This document shows, in pieces, positions 11,686 to 23,970 of a stretch of DNA of 64,000 nt. The notes under the pieces are model-generated. The model had not been told where the DNA came from and ran no database searches. It worked only from the letters and a program-made list of their open reading frames with translations. Where the stretch lies: positions 2,852,001 to 2,916,000 of the forward strand of contig OZ024759.1 in the NCBI GenBank assembly GCA_964016885.1. The letters are read 5' to 3'. This stretch comes from Eledone cirrhosa. Its lineage: Eukaryota. Positions within the stretch are counted from its first letter, which is position 1, and every line of letters starts with the position of its first letter. A program made the translations under genes and the position numbers.

Positions 11686-13081
11686 AAGTCCAGCAATGGA
11701 ATAAGGGGACATCCAGGAAGGTTTATTGGTGAGTCCAGGAATAAGGGGCCATCCAGGAAGGTTTATTGATAAGTCCAGGAATAAGGGGTCATCCAGGAAG
11801 GTTTATTGATATGTCCAGGAATAAGGGGCCATCCAGGAAGGTTTATTGATAAGTCCAGGAATAAGGGGACATCCAGGAAGGTTTATTGATAAGTCCAGGA
11901 ATAAAGGGACATCCAGGAAGGTTTATTGATAAGTCCAGGAATAAGGGGACATCCAGGAAGGTTTATTGATAAGTCCAGGAATAAAGGGACATCCAGGAAG
12001 GTTTATTGATAAGTCCAGGAATAAGGGGACATCCAGGAAGGTTTATTGATATGTCCAGGAATAAGGGGACATCCAGGAAGGTTTATTGATAAGTCCAGGA
12101 ATAAAGGGACATCCAGGAAGGTTTATTGATAAGTCCAGGAATAAGGGGACATCCAGGAAGGTTTATTGATAAGTCCAGGAATAAAGGGACATCCAGGAAG
12201 GTTTATTGATAAGTCCAGGAATAAGGGGACATCCAGGAAGGTTTATTGATATGTCCAGGAATAAGGGGACATCCAGGAAGGTTTGTTGATAAGTCCAGGA
12301 ATAAGGGGACATCCAGGAAGGTTTATTGATAAGGCCAGGAATAAGGGGACGTCCAGGAAGGTTTATTGATATGTCCAGGAATAAGGGGCATTCCAGGAAG
12401 GTTTATTGATAAGTCCAGGAATAAGGGGACATCCAGGAAGGTTTATTGATATGTCCAGGAATAAGGGACCATCCAGGAAGGTTTATTGATAAGTTCAGGA
12501 ATAAGGGGACATCCAGGAAGGTTTATTGATATGTCCAGGAATAAGGGACCATCCAGGAAGGTTTATTGATAAGTTCAGGAATAAGGGGACATCCAGGAAG
12601 ATTTATTGATATGTCCAGGAATAAGGGGACATCCAGGAAGGTTTATTGATATGTCCAGGAATAAGGGACCATCCAGGAAGGTTTATTGATAAGTTCAGGA
12701 ATAAGGGGACATCCAGGAAGGTTTATTGATATGTCCAGGAATAAGGGACCATCCAGGAAGGTTTATTGATAAGTTCAGGAATAAGGGGACATCCAGGAAG
12801 ATTTATTGATAAGTCCAGGAATAAAGGGACATCCAGGAAGGTTTATTGATAAGTCCAGGAATAAGGGAACGTCCAGGAAGGTTTATTGATATGTCCAGGA
12901 ATAAGGGGACATCCAGGAAGGTTTATTGATAAGTCCAGGAATAAAGGGATATCCAGAAAGGTTTATTGATAAGTCCAGGAATAAAGGGATATTCAGGAAG
13001 GTTTATTGATAATCCAGGAATAAGGGGACATCCAGGAAGGTTTATTGATAAGTCCAGGAATAAGGGGACAGGAAGGTTTAT
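11686..13081. repeat. 40-bp minisatellite, ~34 copies (ATAAGGGGACATCCAGGAAGGTTTATTGATAAGTCCAGGA)
   Basis: Exact 40-bp period visible; internal TCCAGGA sub-repeat. Confidence 0.97.
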
Positions 13082-14049
13082 ATGTACTAATTTTATAACA
13101 TCAAAGAAGAAAGACATCCCAGGGATGCTAACTAAACTGACTGCTATTTCTAGCAGGCTGGGAATCAACCACAACGGATTCTCTCTGCTGGTTCATTGTT
13201 AGTGATGCTCGTGTTTTGCGGCCAGCGTCTCTGATTCAAATGCTGGTTTACACACACACACACACACATATATTTATATATAATTATCTATATCTATACA
13301 GAGGTGTAACAAGGGAAAATAGCACCTATGGCAAACATTGAAATAGCGCCGCAGCTTATCCAGCAAGCCATATAGTAGTTGTTAGACAATGGAATTGACA
13401 GCGCAGTTTAAATAAATGAGGGTTTACGGTATTAAACTCTATTTTCAATTGTTCTACAGGTATCCTATTACACTTAAGTATACGTAAAGTTTTGGCAAAA
13501 GTGTTAGTGTATTTACATTACTCTAGATTTAACATTATATTTTCACAGTAAAGTCTTTACCTCACACAATATCGAATCTATGAGATTTTGATATTATTTA
13601 TTTTGAGAACAATACCTTAAAATCAGTATGGGCGGCTGATTATGACTGGTTTGAACAGAGAGGGGTGAGAAAATTCTAGCCAGATATGGCCGGTTTAAAT
13701 GCTAAAGGGTTAAAGAAAGTGATCTGTGTAATACTGATCTTTGACAAATATTAAAACTATTAAAAGTCATACTATGAGGTATGCCTCTGTGATCATGTAG
13801 TTCCCAGCACAGTATTTTTACCTATGAAGGTCTAATAATTTATATAAATGGTTTAATGATCCAATCACCATAGTGTTTCTCACCCTTGATAATCAGAGAC
13901 AGATCATACATCTGAAGGAGTTTCTTTTTCCACTCTCTGACGATAGCTTATCTGACTTTAATAGAAAGTGCTCCTAATCCAGGTAGTGACCCCTTTCATG
14001 TGGTGCCCATGGCATGTGCCAGGTAGCTCCCAATTCAAATATATAATTA

Positions 14050-14568
14050 TCTATATCTATATATAATATAAAAATTGGAACTTCCTTCATCCTTTTGAGA
14101 AATGTGGACTAACCAATATCACGCTTTACAGTCAGGTAGAAGATGAACCATCTCCTAGCGGTCACTATTCTTGGAGGCAGTGCATTTATTCCCAAGATTC
14201 CTCTCATCCCTTCTTCTGCTGAGCTGCCATTCAAATTCTCAAGACTTCAGTTCCCTTTTTGAGCCAGTTTTATTACGACCACAAATAAAGTTGAGGCTCA
14301 AAGTTGTAGAATTGGTTGTTACCCCTGGACAGTTATATGTAGGTTGTTCACAAGTGGAAACACCTAGAAATCTTCATACACTATACACAAACGGTAAAAT
14401 AAAGAATCTCGTGTATCTGGAAGATTTTTTTACTCTTTATTTTTGGTAGCGCACACACCGTGGTCCTGCCTGATACTGTAAACCAGACAAACATCTAAGA
14501 CAGTCATTTTTTCATCTATCTGTCTTCTCTTATATGTTTATCTGAGTGAGGCAGGGTACATCAGCTAG
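14050..14568 (+). mobile_element. Internally deleted Helitron retaining the PIF1-helicase C-terminus
   Basis: 5' A|TCTATATCTATATATAA and 3' CTAG|T termini. Coding remnant AFIPKIPLIPS...PFKFSRLQFP...TTNK..Q and GQLYVGCS.V...NGKIKNLVY matches the Helitron helicase end. Confidence 0.85.
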
Positions 14569-14572
14569 TATG

Positions 14573-14614
<42 letters not shown>

Positions 14615-14673
14615 TACAGTAAAATAAGAAAAAACAAGGACGATTGGTTACTCCCTCATTACGTTTATTGGTT

Positions 14674-14758
14674 GGTGACGCGCGTTTCGCCACTGATTAA
14701 CTCAAGGTTCGATCTGTATCGATCTAGCCCGACTCTGTAATCTGCGGCTCGTCAGACC
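14674..14758 (-). ncRNA. Type I hammerhead ribozyme, canonical core, extended stem II (PLE pLTR fragment ~14618-14810)
   Basis: Minus strand: GGU CUGACGA GCCGC...GUGGC GAAAC GCGC GUC ACC. GUC cleavage triplet, palindromic loop III, AAUAAA just downstream. Confidence 0.85.
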
Positions 14759-14825
14759 CCTTACAATGGTAATGGAACCTACAGTAACTCCAAGTTACAC
14801 TCCCTGGATATGTATGTATATATAT

Positions 14826-15035
14826 AGAAGTAGTTCCACAACAGTTAGTTCACCATACCGAGAACAATTGTTTCACCTTATGCGGATCTTCAGCTCGGGA
14901 CCGAGCTGAAGATCCGCATAAGGTGAAACATTTCATCTCGGTATGGTGAACTAAATGTTGTGTTACTACTTCTACCAAACTCGTCCCATGGACTGAGTAC
15001 TCTACTACTACAGATATAACCCTCTAATGTTCTAC
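14826..15035. mobile_element. PLE pLTR fold-back (arms 14826-14898 / 14901-14973) with tail; same family as 62660-62770
   Basis: Near-perfect hairpin with a 2-nt spacer, flanked by TA tracts. Confidence 0.75.
14858..14898 (-). ncRNA. Minimal type I hammerhead ribozyme (decayed mirror copy on + at 14901-14941)
   Basis: CCGAG CUGAAGA U CC GCAUAA GG U GAAAC AAUU GUU CUCGG. Confidence 0.75.
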
Positions 15036-15065
15036 TATTATATATATATATTTATTATATATATA

Positions 15066-15980
15066 TCATCATCATCATCATCATCACCGTTTTATGTCCG
15101 TTCTTCCACGCTAGCATGGGTTAGACGGGTTGTCCTGTTGTGGGCAGTGTCTGGTCGGCTGACCATGCCTTGCTCATACAGGAACTGATTTGGCTTGATT
15201 TCTACAGCTGGATGCCCTTCCTAACACCAACTTCATTTACAGTGAATGCTGGGTGCTTTTTCGTGGCGTCTACACGTCCACTTTACAGTGTGGGCTGGGT
15301 GCTTTTTTGCCGTGGCACCTCCACGACCACCTTGCGGTGGGGGGTGTGGGGAATATTGTCTATATGCTTCAGCTTGTACCCATGGGAGGTCGGGTACTCT
15401 GTATTACTACGTGACGCCAGAAGTCACGGTCGTGTGTCATTGACTTTGAGAGGTGTAATTGGGTAAGGTCGGCTTTTATCACCTCATCCCAGGTCATCTT
15501 GGGTCTCCCCACTCCGCGGTTTCCATCAACTTCTAGTGCTCTGCACCTTTTTATGCAGCTGTCATCCTTCATACGCATCACATGTCCATACCAGCGCAAC
15601 TGCCTCTCCTGCACACAGCATTTGATTCCTCTTATGCTCAGTCTCTCTCTCAATTCATTTATGCTTTGTCGTTCACGTATATTACTGTTACACATCCATC
15701 GGAGCATGCAGGCTTCGTTTCTCTCTAATCTACGTAAGTCTTCCACCTTCAGCGCCCAGGTCTCACTACCATGCAACATCGCTGTTCGGATACACGCATC
15801 ATACAGTCTGCCTTTCATTCTGAGGGAGAAGCCTTTTGCAGCTAGCAGTGGTAGTAGTTCCCTAAACTTCTTCCATCCCGTTCTTACCCTAGTTATTGTA
15901 CTTTCTGAACACCCACCTCCGCTGCTAATTCGGTCACCTAGGTAGCAGAAGCTGTCTACTGTTTCTACAGAGCCCTCCCA
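15066..15980 (-). mobile_element. RTE-clade LINE 3' fragment
   Basis: ORF 15369-15818: GRLYDAC...HGSETW...RLERNEACMLRWMC...LRWYGHVMRM...GRPKMTW. (CAT)n tail. Confidence 0.9.
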
Positions 15981-16129
15981 GAGATTGGTGGTACTTGTTT
16001 ACTGTGGCTGTTTGCTGCTTGCTGTTTGCATATATATATCTATTTGTTTGTTATATATATCTATTATATATATATCTATTATATATATATATCTATTATA
16101 TATATTTCGTTTCTGAATTTGTTTAGCAA

Positions 16130-16350
16130 GATTCTTTATCTGAAAACGTGTGTTGAAACCGATATTGTTATACTTTGGGAGGGTCATGTTGCCAATAAGA
16201 AACACATGCACCAGTTGCTTTCACTTCAATTTATTATAATAAATTTATAACTTTAGGAATTTATAAATTTATTATAATAAATTGAAGTGAAAGCAACTGG
16301 TGCGTGTATTTCTTATTGGCAACATGACCCTCCCAAAGTATAACAATATT
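16130..16350. mobile_element. PLE pLTR-end fold-back (arms ~16162-16249 / 16261-16349); family also at 25568-25770 and 63580-63757
   Basis: Inverted ATATTGTTATACTTTGGGAGGGTCATGTTGCC... arms, flanked by TA tracts. Confidence 0.65.
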
Positions 16351-16572
16351 ATATATATCTATTATATATATGTATCTATTATATATATCTATTATATATA
16401 TATCTATTATATATATCTATTATATATATATATCTACTATTATGCAAAGTTTTATTTAAATTGTTGGGTTACAACGAGTAAATATTTATCACTGATATAA
16501 AAGCACTCAACAAGTATTTGGAGTATATTTACGATATTAAATAAATGGAAACTATATTTATAAAACCATATT

Positions 16573-16638
16573 TATTTCATTATATATATTTCAGGGATAT
16601 CATATTAAAAATATGGCATGCCTTCTTCAGACAAAATA
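16573..16638 (-). ncRNA. Type I hammerhead ribozyme in pLTR
   Basis: UAUUUUGU CUGAAGA AGG...CCU GAAA U AUAU A UA AUGAAAUA; 8-bp stem I with GU pairs. Confidence 0.72.
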
Positions 16639-18139
16639 CAATATAAACAGTCTTATAAATAGATAGATTTGACATACCTTACGACTTCAACTTCCATTTA
16701 AAAAGTTGATTTGGTAGTGAAAAATGTTAGGGACAGTTATAAAAAGAAAGAAAGAAAAAAGGCGAAGAAAAAGAAGAAATGCATGCAACTAAATAGAGAG
16801 AGATAGATAGAGAGAAGAAATTCATGTAAAGAAACAGAGAGAGATAGATAGAGAGAGAAAAACACAGAGGGAGATAGATAGAGAGAGAGAGAGAGAGAAA
16901 AAATAGAGAGAGATAGATATAGATAGAGATAGAGAGAAAGAAAATAGGTAGTTGGGCACCAGTTGAATGACGTATCAATGATATATTTATTTATTTATTT
17001 ATTTAGTTCTAGTATTAAGGTAGAGAGAGATATATGTGGTTAGGAAAGAAAACAGCCGTTACATAGAGAGAAAAGAAAAATATCCAGACATAAACGAGGC
17101 AGATTTAAAACATTATGTTTCATCAATGTAAAAATATCAATTCGTATGAATTAGGTATTATAATGTAAATATCAGTATTCATGAATGAGACACGTATCAA
17201 TAATGTGTGAAAAATAATGATCATATGTCTAGTTTAAAATTCCTAGGTTTATATCAGAGTTGAGATAAAAAACTGAGATAAAAAAAACTGAGATAAAAAA
17301 CTGAGATAAAAAACTTCAAAAAAAATTGAAATACATAAGTATATATGCACTTTCATGAAAAAAGAAAAAAAGAAAAAAGAAAAAAAGAAAAAAAGAAAAA
17401 AAGAAAAAAAGAAAAAAAGAAAAAAGAAAAAAGAAAAAAGAAAAAAGAAAAAAGAAAAAAGAAAAAAGAAAAAAGAAAAAAGAAAAAAAGAAAAAAGAAA
17501 AAGAAAATAGAAGGTTATCCCAGATTCGATACTATAGACTTCCATGTGAATTTACGTGATCAACTCTGCAAATTCCTATTTCACATGAAAACATTCTCAA
17601 TGTGCTATAAAAATTCTAGTATACATATATGTGTACATACACACAAATATATATAGAATCTACATTAATTTTGACAATACTATTCTTGTCTTTACTCTAC
17701 ATGATTATCGTTCAAGCATAAATAGACAACAGATATCAATATATCAATAAAAATATCAAAAAATTAAAAAATATTAAAAAATATTAAAAATAAAACACAG
17801 TATGCCCCGCAGATCAACCACAGAGATCAACCCTTCAAAATTAATTGACAATATATTGCCAAGTTCATTATAAGCATCAGAATCAAAAGCAAACAAAACC
17901 AAAATTATTTACCAAATCCTGTCTAGCAGAAATCATTCCAAAAGTTTAGGATACCCATTTGATCTACAGATGGTCTTATATTTATTATAGAAGTTTATCT
18001 AGTGTAAAATTTATTCGATATATTTGGAGCATCAGCTTTTAGGGTAGTTTAATTATTCATGAAGAATGTTTAAAAAAAAAAAGAAATCGAAAGATTTATC
18101 GGCGAGTTTCATAAATAATTATAAATCAAAGTAAATATA

Positions 18140-18685
18140 CTACATTTTAAATTTATATTTATATTTAAAAGTTGAGTTCAATCTATGTCTGCAGCAACTG
18201 AATAAATTTGTCCGTAAATTAAGGGAATTTTTAGATTTTAGTATAAAGAATATCTCCTCCGCGCAGAGGTCACATGTCTCAGAGGATGAATTAAAAGGAA
18301 TCCCTCTTGAGACTATATTCCAAGCCGTCGAATATCCAACGTTATCATGCTTAAGTTGCCAGAGTAAGCCTGATAGTGATGTTGAAGATTTTTTGCTTGG
18401 ATCTGTGAAAGAATTCTTGTGGTTATTATAGCGAAGTTTAAATTCTGTCGAGGTGGAACCAACATAGTTAAAAGAATTTAAGTCCGTTTTAACATTACAG
18501 TTGTATATTATATTTTTAACTAAGCAATTGTTATTTAACGGACATTTAGATCTATCTCTACAGTTACATTTGTTTACTTGGATATTATTTATGCTATTAT
18601 CGGTATTTTGGCTAGGTTTTAAATTCCTATTATTTATTCTATTAATATTTTGTGTTAAATTTTTGGTGGATGAGTAAGTTAATTT
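18140..18685 (-). pseudogene. PLE GIY-YIG endonuclease C-terminal fragment (open frame without start codon; absent from the ORF track)
   Basis: Hand translation: KLTYSSTKN...KCNCRDRSKCPLNNNCLVKNIIYNCNVK...NYVGSTSTEFKLRYNNH...LWQLK...CDLCAEE...SCCRH. Confidence 0.88.
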
Positions 18686-19386
18686 TTTTATCTCAGTTTT
18701 TTATCTCAGTTTTTTTATCTCAGTTTTTTAACTCAACTCTGATATAAACCTAGGAATTTTAAACTAGACATATGATCATTATTTTTCACACATTATTGAT
18801 ACGTGTCTCATTCATGAATACTGATATTTACATTATAATACCTAATTCATACGAATTGATATTTTTACATTGATGAAACATAATGTTTTAAATCTGCCTC
18901 GTTTATGTCTGGATATTTTTCTTTTCTCTCTATGTAACGGCTGTTTTCTCTCCTAACCACATATATCTCTCTCTACCTTAATACTAGAACTAAATAAATA
19001 AATAAATAAATATATCATTGATACGTCATTCAACTGGTGCCCAACTACCTATTTTCTTTCTCTCTATCTCTATCTATATCTATCTCTCTCTCTTTTTTTC
19101 TCTCACTCTCTCTTCTCTCTCTCTCTCTCTATCTATCTCCCTCTGTGTTTTTTCTCTCTCTATTTATCTCTCTCTGTTTCTTTACATGAATTTCTTCTCT
19201 CTATCTATCTCTCTATATCTATCTCTCTCTATTTAGTTGCATGCATTTCTTCTTTTTCTTTGCCTTTTTTCTTTCTTTCTTTTTATAACTGTCCCTAACA
19301 TTTTTCACTACCAAATCAACTTTTTAAATGGAAGTTGAAGTCGTAAGGTATGTCAAATCTATCTATTTATAAGACTGTTTATATTG

Positions 19387-19452
19387 TATTTTGTCTGAAG
19401 AAGGCATGCCATATTTTTAATATGATATCCCTGAAATATATATAATGAAATA
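19387..19452 (+). ncRNA. Type I hammerhead ribozyme in inverted pLTR
   Basis: Reverse complement of 16573-16638. Confidence 0.72.
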
Positions 19453-19515
19453 AATATGGTTTTATAAATATAGTTTCCATTTATTTAATATCGTATCTAC
19501 TATTATATATATAAA

Positions 19516-19706
19516 GGCGGTGAATTAGCAGTATCGGTAGAGGGTCGGACACCATGCTTTGCAGCAAAGAGTTACGGCCCTTTATGGTCTGAGTTCAAAT
19601 CCCGCCGAAGTTAACTTTGCCTTTCCTCCTTACGGGGTCGATAAAATAAAGTACCAGTAATGTACTGGTTAATTGCTGGCCTTGTGCCAAAAAGTAGAAA
19701 CAATTA
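19516..19706 (+). mobile_element. tRNA-derived SINE
   Basis: Box A-like TAGCAGTATCGG, box B GAGTTCAAATCC, conserved central GGGGTCGATAAAATAAAGTACCAG; inserted in (TA)n. Confidence 0.8.
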
Positions 19707-20627
19707 TATATATATATCAGTAATATAATAAAAGTCATTTGTATTTGTCCATAATGCACTAGAGATGACTGAGGCAGGAGGGGGTCATGACAAACTCCAG
19801 AAAACAATGTCTGTGTGTGTATATCTATAACAAATTGGCTACACACATTGGCTGTTATGCTTATGTGAGTGTTTTGTGTGTGTGTATGTGTGTGTTAACA
19901 AACACACACGCATCTACACATACATATATATAAACAGACACACTTAGAAAAAATAATCATTACATACACACACATCTATGTGATGACTGAGGAAGGAGGG
20001 GGGTGAGAAACTATAGAGGTCCAACATTGTAAGATTCGTCACAGCTGTGTGTCTGTATGTGTGTAACGAATTGGCTACACACAATGGATGTGTGTTTGTG
20101 TGTTTATATCACTTGGGTGAGTGAGTGCGAAGGAGCCAACCAACAAACATCTCTTTTTTATATTATGTGTAGATATTACAATTATCCATCATTTTTGATG
20201 GTATGGGGCCAGCTAGCATATATATATAATATATATATCATCATCATTTTAATGTCAGCTCTCCCTGCTAGCAAGGGTTAGACAGGTCTACATAAACCAA
20301 GTCTTTTCTGAAACAGAGTTACTGACCTCCCAGGCAGGCCAGGGATCTGTGTCTTATGTATGATCTCATGTTCCACTGAGTGTACAGGAGAGGTTGTCAT
20401 TTTTTTTGACACCACTGAGGCTCTCTCAACTATTTATCAAGATTTTTATGACTGGATGTCCTTCCTATCGCCAACCACTTTACAGACTGTACTGGGTGTT
20501 TAATCACCAACACTAGGGAGGCTGTCATCTCCTTCACACAACATATATATTTATAAATCCTCTTTCACCTCTTCCTTCCTCCCTCTCTATGTATATGTGT
20601 GTGTGTATATACTTATATAGTAGGCAT

Positions 20628-20661
<34 letters not shown>

Positions 20662-20771
20662 GGTGTTGGATGCTTAAAGCGTCCGTATGCAGTAGGCTGT
20701 ATGAGCACTCAATGCCCTCATAGAGCAGAGTATGATATCACAGAAAAGGAAAATCTGCTTTATAGAATCGA

Positions 20772-20866
20772 GACGTATCAGAGGGCCGCGCGATTTCAGA
20801 GTCAGGTTTGATCACCACATCGATCGTGCCTCAAGCTGGTCGCCCGAGAAACAATTATAATATGTC
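20772..20866 (+). ncRNA. Decayed type I hammerhead (family of 14674 and 62307) in pLTR fragment ~20660-20910
   Basis: Stem I GACGUAU/AUAUGUC intact. Core mutated to CAGAGGG...GAAAC AAUU AUA. The stem II insert is homologous to the other two copies. Confidence 0.5.
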
Positions 20867-20907
20867 CAATAAATTCCTTTCGTCGCAACACTGATTCTCT
20901 TTTTTCT

Positions 20908-21000
<93 letters not shown>

Positions 21001-21005
<5 letters not shown>

Positions 21006-21350
21006 TAAACGGAATAGAAAATGCTGACAAATTGTTCACAGTTGAAAAATGGTTTAATTAGGAATAAAAGAGTATTAGTGATTGTATGGGTTAGTATTCA
21101 GTTGTGGTTTTAAGTTTTTAAGTTTTTACCGGTTGCGCATTTCTAAATGCTTTTCAAAAATAATTTTGAGATAGAGTGTCCGTGCTGTTTGCTCTGATCA
21201 GACTTAAAACCACAACTGAATACTAACCCATACAATCACTAATACTCTTTTATTCCTAATTAAACCATTTTTCAACTGTGAACAATTTGTCAGCATTTTC
21301 TATTCCGTTTACCAATATATAATAACTTGTGTGTTACACCTCTATTCTTT
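21001..21350. mobile_element. Fold-back element (arms ~21001-21115 / 21203-21320) in (TA)n, probably a PLE pLTR end
   Basis: ~115-bp near-perfect inverted repeat; the spacer has a heavily decayed GAAA.GCGC motif on the minus strand. Confidence 0.6.
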
Positions 21351-21456
21351 TAACTATATATATATATAGTAATAATAATAAATTTGAAGACTAAAATCCA
21401 AAGAGGGCTTGATAAGGATAAATATATATCAAATATATAAGAACCATAGATATATA

Positions 21457-21488
<32 letters not shown>

Positions 21489-21611
21489 AGCAAATTGTTG
21501 GTAATTCAACAAATATAGATGTTTATAACTGATTCAGAGCACTCGACAAGTTTCTGGAGTAAATATACAATGATATTAAATAAATGGAAACTATATTTAT
21601 AAAACCATATT

Positions 21612-21673
21612 TATTCTATTATATATATTTCAAGGGTACCAAAAACTTTGGTACGCTTTCATCAGATAAAATA
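21612..21673 (-). ncRNA. Type I hammerhead ribozyme in solo pLTR fragment (~21490-21750)
   Basis: UAUUUUAU CUGAUGA AAG C GUACCAAA..UUUGGUAC C CUU GAAA U AUAU A UA AUAGAAUA. Confidence 0.78.
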
Positions 21674-21774
21674 CAAAGTGTGTTTTATAAATTTTGACAT
21701 AGCCAAGGAACATACCTTATCAGTTGAAGTATTCTTTGGATAGTGGATTTATATATATATATATATATATATAT

Positions 21775-21964
21775 GCTGTAATGTGACCGTGTAGGTAACA
21801 CGGTAAAAACCTCCCAGTCCACACTGTAAATGTGGTTGGTGTTAGGAAGGGCATCCAGCTGTAGAAAACCCGCCAGACAGTCCTATATGAGCAAGACAAC
21901 CAATCTTGCCTCAAGTGGGAAAATTCCTGTCCAAACCCATGCAAGCGTGGAAGATGGACATTAA

Positions 21965-21998
<34 letters not shown>
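21775..21998 (+). mobile_element. RTE 3'-UTR fragment with (GAT)n tail
   Basis: GGCATCCAGCTGTAGAAAACC...AACCCATGCAAGCGTGGAAGATGGACATTAAATGATGATG; same 3' end as 26750-26978. Confidence 0.75.
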
Positions 21999-21999
<1 letters not shown>

Positions 22000-22029
22000 A
22001 TATATATATATATATATATATATCATATA

Positions 22030-22770
22030 ATCCGTTTGATTGTCAAAATACATATTAACATTCTCTATTAGTCTTAATTCTATCAACTCTTCTATTCTTT
22101 ACCATTTAATATGAACTGCTATAGATAAAATGAGATTTCTTAATTCAATTCCCTAATGCATATACCAGCAGGCTACCAGCATTGTTGTTATACAGTAGCA
22201 GTGAAAATCTCTCTCTTCCTTACTTGACACTTTATATTTGTATTAATACTACTACACCAAACCACCAGCCCTGTCCATTGTTCAATTGGTCAAATATAGA
22301 TTAAACTTGGCACTCCCAAATATTCTTATTTAGATAAAATAAGCCATATACGCATTTATTTCTCATTAAAAACCTTCTATATACTTGTTTACCAGCAAAT
22401 TGAATTGCCATCTGTCATATACTATCCCCTCTCTTCCTTTCTTACAACTAATATAAATACTTCAATTTTTCTGATTTTTTCCAATTTATCCAATATCTCT
22501 GAAGAAGTGACAACTGATTATACATTTGCTATCTAATACTTGCTAACATTATATGATTACGCAAGCAGCGATACATAGGTATGCCGTCTGTTACAGAAAC
22601 ATATGTCAATACCTAATAAATTCCTTTATAAAAGCACTTTCATTTTATATTCATCTTTTCTACTTTTTCTCCGGAATATAATTTATACTCATTGAGGAAA
22701 CATACACGTACGCTCTTCATCTCAAACGTGATGATATATTATCACTACATTATTGATAACTTGAAATTTT
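22030..22770 (+). mobile_element. PLE pLTR/3'-UTR fragment; diverged inverted relative at 27845-28670
   Basis: ~620 bp align in reverse complement with 27845-28470; both contain the same HHR-like motif. Confidence 0.65.
22494..22611 (+). ncRNA. Hammerhead-like motif with ~90-nt stem II (second copy on - at 27889-28006)
   Basis: CUGAAGA A GUGACA...UGUUAC A GAAAC AUAU GUC. Stem I is weak (UAUCU/AAUA). Confidence 0.55.
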
Positions 22771-22796
22771 ATATATATATGTATATATATATATAC

Positions 22797-22922
<126 letters not shown>

Positions 22923-23119
22923 CATATACATATATATCTCTATATATATATATCACCCGTCTAAACCCATGCTAGCGTGGAAGATAGACTTAAACGATGA
23001 TGATGATGATGACATATAAAATTCATAGGGATATATGTATATATTTAGACATTGTCATATGAGTGTGTCTACCTTTCACGGTGTGGCTCAATTAAGCAAA
23101 TAATCATTAATCAGAACTA

Positions 23120-23560
23120 TATATAAAATTGCAAGTTTGAAGAACTATTAGATAAAATATATACAGTATGTCCTCTCCCTGGTCCATATAATTCAACCAC
23201 ATAAATAATCATTTAAATGAGGCTATAAGTTTAAAATGTAACTATGAAGAAATAATAGACAAATGATACAGTCTATCTTCCGCGAGGGACAGCCAGGGAA
23301 GATTTATCTAGTCATTCCTTTTAACCCGTAGAAATTGACAAGACAAATAATCAACTAAACGGAGTCTAAAATATAAGTTAGAAGAAAAAATGCATATAAA
23401 CTTTACCAAAATTCCTCTAGTCCCGACTCTATCATTTGTCTACTATTTCTTCATAGTTACATTTTAAACTTATAGCCCCGTTTAAATGATTATTTATGTG
23501 GTTGATTTCTACGGACTAGGGAGAGGAAAGACTGTATATATTTTATCTAATAAAACTTGC

Positions 23561-23570
<10 letters not shown>
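23120..23570. mobile_element. pLTR-end fold-back (arms ~23120-23273 / 23426-23570); related to 34070-34330
   Basis: Diverged inverted repeat flanked by TA tracts; similar to the HHR-bearing pLTR at 34060-34440. Confidence 0.6.
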
Positions 23571-23591
<21 letters not shown>

Positions 23592-23819
23592 ATCATCATT
23601 ATCATCATCATTTTTACGTCCGCATTTCCCTGCTTGTAAGGGTGGGACGAGAATTGATTCGGGCTTGATTTCTACAGCTGGATGCTCTTCCTAACACAGT
23701 GAGGGCTGGGTGCTTTTTTGCTGTGGCACCTACATGTCCACTTTACAGTGTGGGCTGGGTACTTTTTTGCCGTGGCATCTCCACAACCACTTTGCAATGA
23801 TAGGGACGCCAGTCCTATC

Positions 23820-23964
23820 ATCTCATTTCTACAGCTGAGTAAACTGGAGCAATGTGAAATAAAGTGTCTTGCTCAAGGAAACAACACATCACCCGGTCTG
23901 AGAATTGAACTCACAACCTTTCTATTGCAAGGCCAATGCTCTAACCACTAAACCATGTGCCTCC
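23820..23964 (-). mobile_element. tRNA-headed CORE-type SINE
   Basis: Minus strand: GGAGGCACATGGTTTAGTGG (box A), GAGTTCAATTC (box B), TCCTTGAGCAAGACACTTTATTTCAC (CORE-like). Confidence 0.8.
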
Positions 23965-23970
23965 ATATAT

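Larger units (their letters stand above)
16440..19495 (-). mobile_element. 5'-truncated Penelope-like element with an ~800-bp inverted pLTR (16530-17325 / 18683-19495)
   Basis: Long near-identical inverted arms, each carrying an HHR. The interior holds a GIY-YIG remnant and a 3' UTR with an (A5-7G)n tract. Confidence 0.88.

Noticed and set aside
11686-13081. CRISPR array or repeat-protein exon
   Set aside because: No spacers; period 40 is not a multiple of 3 and the unit contains stops.
17345-17656. Lys/Glu/Arg-rich ORF
   Set aside because: Translation of an (A5-7G)n tract on the antisense strand of a PLE 3' UTR.
16440-19495. DNA transposon with long TIRs
   Set aside because: The arms are unequal, contain HHRs and enclose a 5'-truncated GIY-YIG ORF, which fits a PLE with an inverted pLTR.
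19516-19610. tRNA gene (also 23890-23964)
   Set aside because: Box A/B are present but there is no cloverleaf; the sequence continues into SINE body.
21115-21203. Hammerhead in the fold-back spacer
   Set aside because: Only UUGAAAA...GAAAUGCGCAAC remains; too decayed to call.
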